Shown piece by piece: positions 10,140 to 23,538 of a stretch of DNA of 64,000 nucleotides (positions are counted from its first letter, which is position 1; each line of letters starts with the position of its first letter). Made by a program: the position numbers and the translations under genes. The notes under the pieces are model-generated. The model saw only the letters and a list, made by a program, of their open reading frames with translations, was not told the DNA's origin and searched no databases. Source of the DNA: Octopus sinensis. Taxonomy: Eukaryota. The stretch is taken from assembly GCF_006345805.1 (NCBI RefSeq), contig NC_043004.1, positions 5,270,001 to 5,334,000 of the forward strand. The letters run 5' to 3'.

Positions 10140-10240
10140 GCTAAGTAACAGTAGCGGAAGTGAATGTGGTTCGCCAACACGCAAGCTCGTTTAACAGTTT
10201 AATTCTCAGTAAACAAATATGGCAGCGCCCAGGTGACACC
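10140..10240. promoter_or_regulatory. Probable bidirectional promoter core
   Basis: CGGAAGTG (ETS-type) 10155-10162 and AAATATGGCAGCGCCC (YY1-like) around 10215-10230, between a minus-strand donor (9996) and a plus-strand donor (10308). CpG depletion starts roughly 1 kb downstream. Confidence 0.5.
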
Positions 10241-10287
10241 TCGAATTTGTTGAGTTTCGGGATATTTTAATGTAAGAACATAGCAAT

Positions 10288-12855
10288 ATGGATAATAACA
10301 TGAACAGGTAAGTAATGATAAATGTAGCTTCTGCATGCATGTCTAGTGTTACTTTACTGTGATATATTACGGAATGATCGATTCTATTGCTGTCGTTATT
10401 CGTTTCACTTCGATAAATCAATGATTGGATGAAAAAAAAAAAAATATATATATTTAAAAAAATCGTTGATGGAGATTAATTTCGTTCCATCTCATCATAA
10501 ATGTATATTTGTATATCTCTAACACACACATCTATATTTACTAATTTACCTAGTGGATATTTTCTCAAAAGTGGTCACCTTAGCTGGAATATATATTTAT
10601 AATCATAATAAATAATCTACGTTTGCTAAACATTATTACCCAAGCGTGTCGACCGTATTACATGGTGTGTTTTTTATCACCCAATCCTCTCGATCATCAT
10701 AAAGCCTTATGAATAGTTTATTGTGTAACAGTTACGTAATATTAATAATGTAATATTTAAATGTTATATCACTTTGAAAAGACATTTCCCTCCAAATAAA
10801 TAAATAAATAAATAAAAGCGATACTGTATAACCAACACGTATAATGCATACGAAATATGCAGTCAGACAATTATGTTTACTGAGACAAATTTAATGTGCT
10901 CCTATTTTTTCATGTTTCGTTTTCTTTCATAATTTTCAAAACTGATCTTTCACAGTAATAATTAGCAATTCAAAATGCCGCTATGAAATGTATTTGGTCG
11001 ACTAAACCTCAATCAATCAATCAATTTTTCACTGTACCTTTCAATGACTATTTACTCCAAAAAAAGTGACTTGATTAAATTTCGTAAATAACACACTACC
11101 CCGTGAATGATTCACCCGATAGCAGCAAAAAATAGATTTGTTTCTCCTTGCATGTAAAACGAAATGAGTAATAATCTGTAACCTGTTGTATCAACACATA
11201 ATAAACGTTGTACTGTTTCTCGAAACCTATAATTAATGTTAATATTATATTTGCATTAAAAGACACCGTGACATGTATTTTATTTAATATGTTATGCTCA
11301 CTACTTATGTTTGTAGATATTTCTTTATCTAATCAATATCTTCAGAAACTTAATATTGTTATATTTAAGACGATGAAACTACAGATAAATCTTAGAACAC
11401 CGTCTTGTCAAAAGTCAGATTTCAGTTAGATTAGAAACACAAGTGAAGCAATTGCCAAAGATGTTATTTAGCAACACTCTTTAGATTATCATGGCTACAT
11501 TTTTTTTTTTTTGAGATTCTGCCATAGTGTTGTTTTTATATAAGACTGCTGATGAGGAGATAAAGGTTTTGAGTTCAGTCCTAGCCAAAGGTTATGTTCT
11601 ATGCAAAAATTATGTATCTGGGAGAAAAAAAATGATCGAATTCTTGACCAATCAAAATATATTGTGGATAGCAACAGATAAATGGAATTAATATGCTGAT
11701 TTTGTATTGTTTTTTTTTAATCCAAGAAGTGATCAAGGCCAGTCGTTGACTGATCGATTAAAATAGTAATTGAAGGGGTGGGGGAAGGAAAAGCAATACG
11801 AAAATATGGATTTAATTCAATGAGCTTCTATTCATGTAAAAGTGTGTATGGTAATTTAATACATATCAAGGTATTTCTATGTTATGTAGTATTAGTGGTT
11901 TGACCGAGAATTCGTGGTTTAGGCTTGTTTCTGAAGGTATGCCATAACAAACATGACCCAGTGACATAGAATCATCGTTGTTATTTATTTTCGTCGACCC
12001 AGACTTTGGCTGGGTGACGATTCTTCTAGTGGGTTCAGGGTAAGGTTAGAACCACTGACATACCAACACCCTACCACTATTACCACCACCACCAACCAAA
12101 GGAACTTTTACTCGGTTGTTTATCCTGCTAGAAATAGCAGACAAATCTTTCTGAAATAACTCCATACCATTTTAGATAAGAAAGATGGATATAATTGGAA
12201 CGTAGTCCCTGATATAAAAGGCGATATGGTCACAGCTGGAACACCATTGATCGTAGGTCTGCTGAACAACAGCAATCCTGTCACCTCCATAATATTTGAT
12301 GCAGATAATTCTTCACAGTAATATCAGTTAATTTCAGAACGCAGCACATATCTATTTTTTCTTTCTTTAAACTTTCACAACAAAGATGCATGACTAAATT
12401 TATGTATCTTAATTAAACAAATTGTAATCACTGTGAATAGGACTAAAGATTCTTCAAATGGACATTCTGGAGTTATGATTCTTCAAGTGATTTGATAGTA
12501 TAGCTACAACCACCTGAATTAATAAAACGCTAATAACATGGTTTACTCAACTCTTGTATATAATGTTTATGGACCAGTTGATTCTAAAATATTAAAGAAT
12601 GCCTTCCTTCATTAACTCATGATAACAAAAATAACCAATTGATAACCTAGTATGAAATATAAAAGTCTGAAAATTGTCTAATGCATTTGGATAATTCAAG
12701 AGAAGTCAATCTGATATATTTAATAGTTTCTTTGACATAAGTGACCCTTTAATGCTCAAGTAGAGTAATAAGTATACTTATACTATTTATACATACTATA
12801 GTAGCTACAGTCTAAAAAGTGATAAAAATATTTCAGGTAGATATTATCTCTGTTG
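10288..12855 (+). CDS. Candidate first three coding exons of a plus-strand gene: 10288-10307, 12003-12039, 12837-12855 (MDNNMN-R-LWLGDDSSSGFR-VDIISV)
   Basis: Donors GTAAGT, GTAAGG and GTAAGG; acceptors TTTTCGTCGACCCAG and ATATTTCAG; phases 2, 0 and 1 chain without a stop. Protein not recognised. Confidence 0.45.
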
Positions 12856-13987
12856 GTAAGGAAGTGTTTCTCTCTGTACAAAAGGCAGACTGTACAGAGC
12901 CTGTGTAAAGAGTATTATTCAGAATACAGTGAGATGTGAGCATCAAGTGTGAAAAAAAAAAATGTGGTGAATGGAGAGGAACGAGTCATGAAAGGTCTGC
13001 TAGGATATATAACATGGAGAGCAGAGCACAAATGAGCTGGGAAAGAGGCTAGAAAAAGGCAACAGCTGATGTTTGTGTGTGCAGATAAATGTGCTTGTAT
13101 GGATATGTGATTTGCTGACAATGGAAAGTACCTATGACAGAGAAAGATTGGGGAAAACGTGATGACGTCAACTCTGATGTTAGACATCAAAGAAGAGATG
13201 ATGCAGGACTGGGAGTAGTAGCAATCTATATTTCCTATAACCTCTGCAATTGCTATACAATGGATGTTAAGTGGATGATATGACAGGAGATTAATGCATT
13301 AATCAACTGCATAGCCTAAATATTATCTAAATGTTCTCAACTGGTGGCCAACCCTGCTTTCTTTTCGGTCTGTATTTAATCTAACGCAATACCTTTGTTA
13401 CTCACAACATAAATATGAATTAGAGTGGAAACTACTATGCAGGTATTCAGTGTAACAACTGAAGCTTCCTTAACAAATTCACTGATGGCTCTCACATGAA
13501 AAAATAAATTTTAATATTGTACCTTGTTGATGGTGTTCTGTGTAATGTAGAGTATGGTTTTAGATTAGATTGATATTTAACATATCAAAAGCGCAAGGTT
13601 TATGAGTTTTTCTTATAGGTTTGGTTTAACACTATAAAAAAGGTATATCATCATCATCATCATTATTTAATGTCCTCTTTACATATTAGCATAGGTTGGA
13701 TGGTTTGACGGGAGGTGGCAAGTTGGAAGACTGCACCAAGCACTACTGTTTGCTTTGTTGTGGTTTCTATGGCTGGAGCAGACAGTCTAGCTTGAGTAAA
13801 ATTCAATAAAGCTACTCAATAGCAACAAGAACAACAAACCAATGCAAAGAAATCCTTTTAACTCATCCTTCTGCCACTCCAGCTCTAAATCTTCAGTTCC
13901 TCTGTGCAATTTTTTTTTCATTTTCTGCCTTCAAAACCACCATTCCAATCAAAATCCTCTTTCCTACCTTGAAACAATATGCTTTGG

Positions 13988-14385
13988 CATTATTTACATT
14001 CGACAGATATATGTCCTCATCTTGTTTGTTGTTAACACAACATTTTGGCTGATATATCCTCAAGCCTTCTTCAGTGTCTTAACCACTATGCCATATGCCC
14101 ACGGGCATATGGCATAGTGGTTAAGAGTGCGGGCTACTAACCCCAAGATTCCGAGTTCGATTCCAAGCAGTGACCTGAACAAAAACAACAACAACAATAA
14201 TAATAATAATAATAACATTGAAAAATACCTTAGGAATGAAAACCCAGGTTCGAAATTTCCCCAAAACACCTGAAGAAGGCTGGAGGGTATATCAACCGAA
14301 ATGTGTTAACAACAAACAAGATGAGGACAAATATCTGTTGAATGTAAATAATGTACATAATTCCTCATCTCTTAAATATAGAACT
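13988..14385. mobile_element. Penelope-like foldback (arms about 13988-14080 and 14263-14355) enclosing a tRNA-like SINE head
   Basis: Inverted copies of ...CACCTGAAGAAGGCTG...CAGCCGAAA...GTGTTAACAACAAACAAGATGAGGAC; tRNA-like GGCATAGTGGTTAAG...GAGTTCGATTCC at about 14107-14164; same family at 31968-32270. Confidence 0.75.
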
Positions 14386-15512
14386 GTAATGCACTTTGGA
14401 ATTAGCTCCTGTTCCAAGGATGCTTTTAACACGTTTCATCTAAGCAGCAATTTTTAATTAGGGGGAAATTTAGGGATTCCAGTGAGGAGATAGTTTTAAG
14501 TTCTTTATCATTATTTGCACTGGTTTTGCTTGATTTTGTATTTGATGACAAAAAAGATGTATGGGCATATTAAATGCACCCTAATTTCAGCAGCGCATAT
14601 TCAGGAAAAGAAAGCATTTCTGTGTATTGAAGCATGTCGTATTGAAAGCTTTCTAGTAGTATTTTACAAAACATTACAAAAGTACATCAGGCCATAACAA
14701 CAAGCATGACTGTATTAAAAGGTTAAGTTAGCAGTACAGCTGAACATAAAACTAGAAATCACAATAGTAACAATATCCTATATGGTTACAGTAATAAAAT
14801 ATGCAGGAAAAAAAAAAGCAGAATACAAACTGGCAAATGTCACCAGTCTGTTGTGATAATTTCTTCTACAATATAAGTTATGAGGATAATGTTTAAATAA
14901 ATATTATTATCATTGAGTCAGACTGAGTACAAGAGACAGTCTGGATTGGAACTTGCCTACAAATGTCAGGGACAAAATGAGCTTGGAAGGGGACCAACTT
15001 TGTTTAACCCTTTAATCTGGCTATAGCAGGCCTAAATATTCTGCCTGTTTTGAGTTGAAACCTACCAGATCTTACCTCTCACACTTACCCTGCAATGTCA
15101 TTCTTAAAATAATCATACTATTGGAAGTTCAAAGCTGCAAGGCAATATGATTAATTTAAAGCAAAGTGAATGAATAAGAATAATATTTGGGCTACCATAG
15201 AAAAAAAAAAGGCATAATCAAGACAAAACTAGAAGTGCATTGTATGTCTCCACTGTCATTTTTTTTGTTCCCAACTTTGACCCTCCATAAATCCTAAATT
15301 TTATTTTAGAATTTATGGGAGCAACTGTCTTTGAAGACTCATATTGTCATTGAATGCTTGAAATGAGGAATAGATAGACAGCCGACAACTGATGAAGGGT
15401 CCTTTCTCTGGGTTAACTCATCCTCTTTTCCATCTTTTTCTCATTGTTTATGTATTTAACTTGTTTTTCCCTCGTTTGTTTACATATTTCATGTTATTTG
15501 CACCATTGGTGA

Positions 15513-15811
15513 CTTAGAAAATTACTATTTTTAAATCTCACACTGTGAGATATTCAGCAACAGTACTTTGTAGTAAAGATTGTTTGCCAACATAACATGG
15601 CAGTCCTGGTTTAGGGCAAATGTTGCTGTAATTTAGCCCCAGGAGACATCGTCTCCAGCTGGCTATGCGACATGATCTGTGCCCTTGTTCAAAAAAAAAA
15701 AGGACACAGATCGTGTTGTATAGCTAGCTGGAGACAATGTCTCCTGGGGCTAAATTACAGCAACATTAGTCTTAAACCAGGACTGCCATATTATGTTGGC
15801 AAACAATCTTT
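15513..15811. mobile_element. Second copy of the 3.6-4.0 kb foldback family, near-pure hairpin (arms about 115 bp around a poly-A loop)
   Basis: Left arm 15571-15690 is the reverse complement of about 15700-15811; the sequence matches 3621-4040. Confidence 0.85.
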
Positions 15812-17689
15812 CCTACTGTTGGTGACGTTCTATAGCCATATATGCATGTATATATATATTATATATTATTTATTATTTAACTGAACACGATGCATCCATT
15901 TCCAAGTATACACATACACACACATTATATATGTGTGTGTGCGTCTTTTTGTCTGTGATTGTCTCCCACCACTACTTGGCAACCGGTGCTGGTGTGTTTA
16001 CATCCCTGTAACTTAGACAGCAAAAGAGACTGATTGAATAAGTACCAGGCTTAAAAATAAAAATGAAGTCAATTTGTTGAACTAAAATTCTTCAAATAAA
16101 AGATAAAAGGTAAACAGTCCTACTTCTGTAATTCTCCCTCCCTCTCAACTAAAGTCTTATCTTGGGAGTACTTGGCGACCTCACCAGTTCTGGTGTCACA
16201 TAAGGGACTCCTTACCCCAATGCCCCACCTTTAATATAAAGGATTGTTAATGTTTTGCATTAATTTGCATTGTATACATGACTTTTTTTCTTCTTCTTGT
16301 GTATGGCAGGGCAATTGGAATAATGAACTGCCCCCACTTTTATTTCTTAGCAAATCCTATTTCTCTCTGCCTCTTACACTAAAAACAGCCGTAAGATGAC
16401 AGCAGTGGTGGTCACCACTCAAATTTCACATGTGTGTATTGAACAATGGTCGAAATCTGATTGCAACACAATAAACTGATGGTGAGATGAAAGATTGGAA
16501 ACTAATCTGAAATCATTCAGATGTGATATACTGCATAGGAAAAACAGCTATAGATCCCACATTAGCACATGATAAGAACAAAAGAGGATTTGTATGTAGT
16601 TTGTAGAGAAAACGGTAATCAGAACTAACAAACAAGGTGAATATGCACTGAACTGGTGAAGAGATATGGTGAAAAAAAAAAAAAAAATTACATAAAAGGA
16701 AATGATCTAGAGGTGACATTTCGGTGAAAATATGAAATTCCTAACAAATCTGGAGCAAATCGTAATAATGGCTCTTAAGTACTGTGAACTGACGGTGAGC
16801 AAGGAAACCTCTATGTGGTTGCTTGACCTGCTGGAAATAGCAGCCGAATTTAACTCAAATCCTGTTCTATCATCATCATCATTTTAATGTACACTATTCC
16901 AGGTTTGTATAGGTTGGATGGAATTTACTGCTACTGGATGTTCCTCTTGTTGCCAAACCTCACCTGTTTCCAAGTAAGGTAAGATTTCCCTATGGCCTGA
17001 CATGTTTTCACAGAATATCGGAAGTAAACGACATAACTTGTATGACTGTGACACGTATTTAGAACTACCATGTGATGTCAAGACAAGTAAACACACACAC
17101 GCACACACAAGTATATATCATACTACTATATCCCTCAATACTATTAAACCTCACTCAATTAAAGTCTTGTTTTGTGAGTATTTGGTGTCATGTAAAAAGC
17201 ACCCGGTGCACTCTGTAAAATGGTTGGCTTTAGGAAGGACATCCAGCTGTAAAAACCATGCCAAAGACATTGGAGCTCAGCACAGCCCTCTGGCTTGTTG
17301 ATTCTTGTCAAACTGTCCAGTCCATACCAACATAGAAAAAGGAACATTGATGATGATGATGATATATAAATCTATATGATAAATTTTTTTCAGTCGCCAT
17401 TAAACAAATCCACTCACAAGGCTTTGATCAGTCCAGGGCTGTAATAGAAGATGCTTGCCCAAAGTTCCATGCGGTGAGATTGAACCCAGAGCTGACTTCT
17501 TAACCACACAGCCACACTTACTGCTTTATAAAAAAGTCGGAATCAATGCATAATGGAGTCCTTGATACATAGTCTGAAAATTGATGGACTGATCAAAGCC
17601 AGAATACTCTGTCTGATCAGAGCTCGCCTAGAGTTTAATAACAACAACAATTAAGAAATTAATGGCATGGCATAAAAGGAACTCTCTTA

Positions 17690-18525
17690 CTATCTCTTCT
17701 GGGTGTGTATACACGATAGAGTGTAAGCACCCTGAGAGAAAAGTTGGATGTAAGAAGCATCAGATGTGGTGTGCAAGAGAGACGACTGCACTGGTATGGT
17801 CATGTGTTGCTTATGGATGAGGACAGCTGTGTAAAGAAGTGTCACACCCTAACAGTGGAGGGAACCTGTGGAAGCGGTAGATCCAAGAAGACATGGGATG
17901 AGATGGTGAAGCATGACCTTCGAATGTTGGGCCTTACAGAGGCAGTGACAAGCACACTCTAACAGTGGAGGGAACCTGTGGAAGAGGTAGACCCAGGAAG
18001 ATATGGGATGAGACAGTGAAGCACGACCTTTGAATGTTGGGCCTTACAGAGGCAATGATAAACAATTGAGACCTTTGGAGATATGGTGTGTTTGAGAAGA
18101 CCTGTTGAGTCAAGTGAAGACATAGTCATGGCTGATGCCAGTGCCACCTGATTGGCACCTGTGCCAGTGGAACATAAAAAGCACCACTCGCTCATGGCTG
18201 ATGCCAGTGCTGGTGGCATATACAAAGCACCATTTGAACGTGGTTGATGCCAGTGCTGCCTGACTGGCTCCTGTGCTGGTGGAATGTAAAAAGCAACATT
18301 TGAGCATGGTCAATGCCAGTGCAGTCTGACTGGCCCCTGTGCCAGTGGCACATAAAAAGCACCCACTACACTCTCAGAGTGGTTGGTGTTAGGAAGGGCA
18401 TCCAGCTGTAGAAACTTTGCCAGATTAGATTGCAGCCTCCTGGGCTTGCTAGTCCTCAGTCAAGCCGTCTAACCCATGCCAGCAGGGAAAGCAGACATTA
18501 AACCATGATGACGATGATGATGAAT
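17690..18525 (+). mobile_element. RTE-clade LINE 3' end (ORF2 C-terminus plus 3'UTR and (GAT)n tail) with a 110-bp internal tandem duplication
   Basis: RCGVQERRLHWYGHVLLMDEDSCVKKC...VEGTCGSGRSKKTWDEMVKHDL is typical RTE C-terminal sequence; duplication units start at 17843 and 17953. 3'UTR-only copies of the same family at about 4500-4710, 13645-13780, 16860-17360, 19370-19755, 20420-20785, 26400-26800, 28515-28750, 30380-30620, 39940-40255, 40690-41065, 45545-46135, 47520-47990, 55455-55620, 58270-58460 and 60345-60605. Confidence 0.85.
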
Positions 18526-21005
18526 TGTTATTGATTTGAGAGAATTTGGAAGACTTAAGAAAATCTTATGCCACACAAGAGATAACTGTGAAACAATGTA
18601 AATGCAATCTTCAAAGATCCAGTCATTCTGAAAATATAATTAGGACTGGAAATTATCAACTGTTTGAGAAAGAGGGAGAGAGGGTTTAGTTTCACAAATG
18701 TGGTTGTGTTATTAAGAAGCTTGCTTTGAAAGTATATGGTTTCAGGTTCAGTCCCACTGTGTGGCACCTTTGGTAGGTATTTTCTATTGTAGGCCCAGAC
18801 CAAGCAAAGCCTTGTGTATGGATTTATTAGGTGGAAACTGAAAGAAGCCTGTCATATGTGTTTGTCTGTAACTATCTCCTTGCCTTGACACTGCAACCTA
18901 CTTGTAAAACAGATGTCATCATGTTGCAAGTGGTATATTTTGTTTACAGTCTGCCATGAAAACATGTCTGGCCACGGGGAAATATTCACCTTGCTTGGAA
19001 AAGAGTGAGGGTTCATGACAGGAATGGCATCAACAAATCCTCTCCAACCCATGGAAGCATGGAAAAGTGGATGTTGAAATGACAATGATGATGATATATA
19101 TGACGGGTGAAGCCGTGTGGCTTAGTGGTTAGGCTGCTGCACTCAGGATTGCTAGACCATGGGTTCGATTCCCACACCAGGCATCTCATTGTGCTCTTGA
19201 ACAAAACACTTCATTTCACATTGCACCATTCCCCCTTTCAGTGGGGAATGTTGGCCTGCTTGCCTAGCCATTGGGGTGGTGTCATTCGAAGCTAAAGTGA
19301 TGCAAAGTGCATTGTGGCCAGTGATGTGCAACAACTGATAGTCTGGTTGGACACATGATATAGGAAGGACATGGCTGAGTGCCTTTCATGTATTGGACCT
19401 CACGGGGCCAAAGTGGCTGAGTTCCTTTCGAGTGTTGGGCCTCATGGAGGCAATGATCGAGACCTTTGGCATTGTGTCATGCTTGAGAAGAAGACCCATC
19501 AAGCTGAATAAAATTGCAGTTGTGGCAGATACTGGTATTATGAAAATGGCACCTGTGCCAGTGGAACATAAAAGCACCCATCTCACACTCTTGGAGTAGT
19601 TGGCATTAGGAAGGGCATCCAAACATAGAAAACCATGCCAAATCAGACTGCAGTCTGGTGCAGCCTTCCAGCTTACCAGCTGTGGTCAAACTGTCCAACC
19701 CATGCCAGCAAGGAACAACGGACGTTAAATGATGATGATGATGATGATGATGAACCATTTCAGATTTTGTTTAACATTCTGCATAGTCTTAACACTCATC
19801 ACATCCTTTTCCAGATGTATCCTCTGAAGATCCAATGACTGTCTGTCAAGAATCAATTAAGATACATTATCATACAATGGTTTTAATATTTAATGTTATG
19901 CATCAGTTCTTCAACTTTATTTTCTATTTGTTTCATCACCTAAACCATATATATATGGAAAAGAATGCCCACCCCCTATATCATCATTGCCATCATTTAA
20001 TATCTTCTTTTCCATACTTGTATGCTTTAGATGGAATTTTTTTGAGGCAGGTTTTCTGCAACCTGGTGCCTTTCCTGCTGCCAACCCTTGCTGTCCAAGC
20101 AAGGCAATATTTCCCCATGGCCAGACAGGATTTCCATGGAAGACAGGAAAGGAACAACCTCACTTGTATAACGATGATACTTGTTCTTAGTCATTATGGG
20201 ATGTCAAAAGAAGGGTACACACTTGCACGCACATGCACCCCCCCCACACACATACAGGATAGCATACTTTCAGTTTCTGGGTACTACCTCTCACAAGACA
20301 TTGGTTCATCTGGGGCTATACTAGAAAACACCAGCCCAGGGTGCCGTGCAGTAGGATTGAATCAAAGATCAAATGGTTAGAAAGCAAGCTCATACTGCAA
20401 TGCCTGTACCTATCAGTGGTGTGAAAGGATCTTCGGATGCTGGGCCTTACTGGGGAAATGACGAAAGACCAGGAGTTGTGGCAATTTGCTGTATTTGAGA
20501 GGAAGCATCAAGCTAAGTAAAATCACGGTCATCCATAGATACAGGCTGTCATACATACTTAACAGGTGCCAGTGGCACATAAAATGCGCCCGTGCCGGTG
20601 GCACATAAAAAGCACCCAGCACACTCTGTAAAGTGGTTGGCATTAGGAAGGGCATCCAACTGTAGAAACCATGCCACAACAGACGATTGGAGCCTGGCCA
20701 GCTCCTGTCAAACTGTCCAGCTCATGCTAGCATGGAAGACGGATGTTAAACAACGATGATGACGACGATGATGATGATGATGATAGAAAGGGAGAGAGAG
20801 AGAGATATCTCATTTGAGAAAAATATAAATATAAAGCTACTTTTTTGTTTAAGAATATAGTAGATAGTAAATACAGTTTTGACTGGCTAATCTTTTAATT
20901 ACGGGTTGTTTGATTACAATCCTGTTGTTAACCTATTAATGTTGTGTGCTATCATGTGTAAGTGGCTAATAACAGCTGTAGGTATTATGTCATGTAACAT
21001 ACATC

Positions 21006-21101
21006 CATACATACATACACACACACATACATACATACATACATACATACATACATACATACATACATACATACATACATACATACATACATACATACAT
21101 A
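21006..21101. repeat. (TACA)n microsatellite
   Basis: Directly visible. Confidence 0.95.
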
Positions 21102-21444
21102 CACACATGCATGCATACATTTGCTAAGTGCAGATTTCTTTCAATATTGATAATCATTAAGTGCAATTTATTTTTATTTCATCTTTTCAGCTGTCTCCTT
21201 GTTCCTTCCCATTTCTTCTTCCGTTTATCATTTCCTTCCCCTCCCTCATTATTTATTTACTTGTTTTGTTAAGCTTTTTTCTCTCCAAAATTCCTATTTG
21301 CCTCTCTCTCTGATCCCCACCCCCAACCTACCCTTTCTCTCTCTTTTCTTTTCTTCTTATCATCATCTCTGTTTTTGCACTTGTTGAATTTTCTGTTTTT
21401 AACTGTAGTACTGCCAGCATTTGTCTATATATACGTAACTATAC

Positions 21445-21650
21445 AGCATGTGGAGGCACATGGCTTAGTGGTTAGGGTGTTGAACTCATGATCATAAGGT
21501 GTGATTTGATTTCGATTCCTGGACTGGGCGATGCATTGTGTTCTTGAGCAAAACACTTCATTTCATATTGCTCCAGTCCACTCAGCTGGCAAAAATGAGT
21601 ATACCTGTGATGGCTTAGCGTCCTGTTCAGGTGGGTCTTATGAATCAATA
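21445..21650 (+). mobile_element. tRNA-headed SINE (family D)
   Basis: A-box TGGCTTAGTGGTTAG and B-box-like TTCGATTCC, then TTGAGCAAAACACTTCATTTCA...TTGCTCCAGTCCACTCAGCTG. Related copies at about 19105-19370, 22350-22720, 27840-27960, 36900-37200 and 53225-53520. Confidence 0.75.
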
Positions 21651-22829
21651 TGAATCAGGAAGGAACTTCACTTCTTTTATACAGTGTACATGTGTGTTTG
21701 TGGAAGCAAGACTGCAGGCTTAGCTGAATGGTTAAGAATTTAGCTGAATTGCAATCAGGAGGTTTCATGTTCAATCCTTATACATAGCAAGTGCTACTTC
21801 AATAGCCTTAGATCAACTGAAACCTTGGCAATGAAATTGAGTTGACAGAAATTATCGTCTACTCTAGGCACAAGGTCTGAAATTTTGGAGGAGGTGCCAG
21901 TTGATTAGATCAATCCCAGTATGCAACTGGTACTTAATTTATCGACCTCCCCCTAAAAGATGAAAGGCTAAATCGACCTTGTTGGAATTTGAACGCAGAA
22001 CGTTAAGACAGATAAAATACTGCTAAGCTTTTCGCCCGGCATGGTAACATTTCTGCCAGCTCACCGCCTTTAAGTTGACAGAAATTGTGGAAGCCTGACG
22101 GGTGAAGAGCCACCCTTCATTCTATAAAAACAAACAAGTTTTACAACAATAGCCAGAAAAAGAAAAAACAGTTTGCGATACAGCTCCACATAGCATACAC
22201 TTTTGAAAATGAAATGTGAAATCAGTTGAATGTATACACACACACACAAAAATTTAAATAAATCTTCATGTATTCTCTGTGTATTTTCAATTTCATTTAT
22301 TTCTTCTGCATTACTACTTCTTTGAATAAGTAATAATTTTTATATGGAGGTGCAATGACCCAGTGGTTAGGGCAGCAGACTCGCAGTCTTAGGATCGCGG
22401 TTTCGATTCTCAGACCAGGCATTGTGAGTGTTTATTGAGCAAAAACACCTAAAGCTCCACGAGGCTTCGGCAGGGGGTGGTGGTGAACTCTGCTGTACTC
22501 TTTCACCACAACTTTCTCTTACTCTTCCTTCTTGTTTCTGTAGTACCTGTATTTCAAAGGGCCAGCCTTGTCACACTCTGTGTCATGCTGAATCTCCCTA
22601 AGAACTACATTAACATTACACGTGTCTGTGGAGTGCTCAGCCACTTGCATGTTAATTTCACGAGCAGGCTGTTCCATTGATCGGATCAACTGGAACATGC
22701 GTCATTATGACCGACAGAGTGCCAACAAAAGAAAATATATATATATATATATAATGAGGTCACAAATGATATCCCATATTGGAGATGAGTACTACACAAG
22801 GGGATCGAGCGAGGGGAATAGAAACTGAA

Positions 22830-23005
22830 ACTTACCACCAAAGAAAAGTGCACTTGAAGAAAGGAAAACACAGTAGCACCAGTGGAGAGCATCTTCAAGT
22901 GCAGTCACTGCATACAAGGCTGCCACTCCCAAGTAAGCCTGTATAGTAGCTGAAACAAAATTCTACGGGTGTAGATCTATGTTCTTTTCAGACCAACAGA
23001 TGCTG
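22830..23005 (+). mobile_element. RTE-type LINE extreme 3' fragment (second subfamily)
   Basis: FKCSHCIQGCHSQVSLYS resembles the C-x2-C-x3-C-x-SRIGLYSH end of RTE ORF2. Confidence 0.6.
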
Positions 23006-23043
<38 letters not shown>

Positions 23044-23059
23044 CCCACAAAATTATTAA

Positions 23060-23360
23060 CCATGTTGCCAATAACCACCTTGAGCACCTTTTTGAGCTCC
23101 ATGTGTCTTACACATGTTGGCATGCCTCCAAAATCAGAAAACAGCACAGCTCCCACGACTTTCGGAAACAGTTTTTTACACTCAGAGTTGCTGCAGTATG
23201 GAACAAACTACCTGCATCAGTTGTTAATTGCCAAGACATTGCATCCATTAAAACCTCCATGCTTCCTGAAATTCGCCAACACCACACCTGATACTCCCCA
23301 CTCCATACATATGCAGACATGTATATCATGACCCATACACTATTCACTTTTCTGACTTTT
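23060..23360 (+). mobile_element. CR1-type LINE 3' fragment
   Basis: KIRKQHSSHDFRKQFFTLRVAAVWNKLPASVV: the FFT-RV...WN-LP CR1 signature. Confidence 0.85.
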
Positions 23361-23506
23361 GTTCATAATTAGCAGTTCAGGAAAAAAAAAAAGAGACCAA
23401 TAGAATAAGTACTAGGCTTACAAAGAATAAATCCTGGGGTCAATTTGTTCGATTAAAGGCGGTGCTCCAGCATGGCCACAATCAAATGGCTGAAACAAAT
23501 AAAAGA

Positions 23507-23538
<32 letters not shown>

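Noticed and set aside
13122-13160. WKVPMTEKDWGKR, resembling a W-amide neuropeptide with a GKR site
   Set aside because: An in-frame stop lies two codons upstream, there is no usable acceptor or signal peptide, and the motif occurs once.
14105-14175. tRNA-like sequences (also about 21445, 22350, 42310-42380, 46142 and 54615)
   Set aside because: A and B boxes are present but there is no complete cloverleaf or acceptor stem, and each runs into a SINE body.
15385-15425. CTGATGAAGGG as another hammerhead start (also 9620 minus, 49510 and 3208)
   Set aside because: No correctly spaced stem II plus GAAA plus UH with stem I pairing.
18540-18690. 49-codon plus frame ENLEDLRKSYATQEITVKQ... and a competing minus frame NDWIFEDCIYIV...
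   Set aside because: The plus frame needs a rare GAG acceptor and the minus frame lacks a donor; neither is distinguishable from chance.
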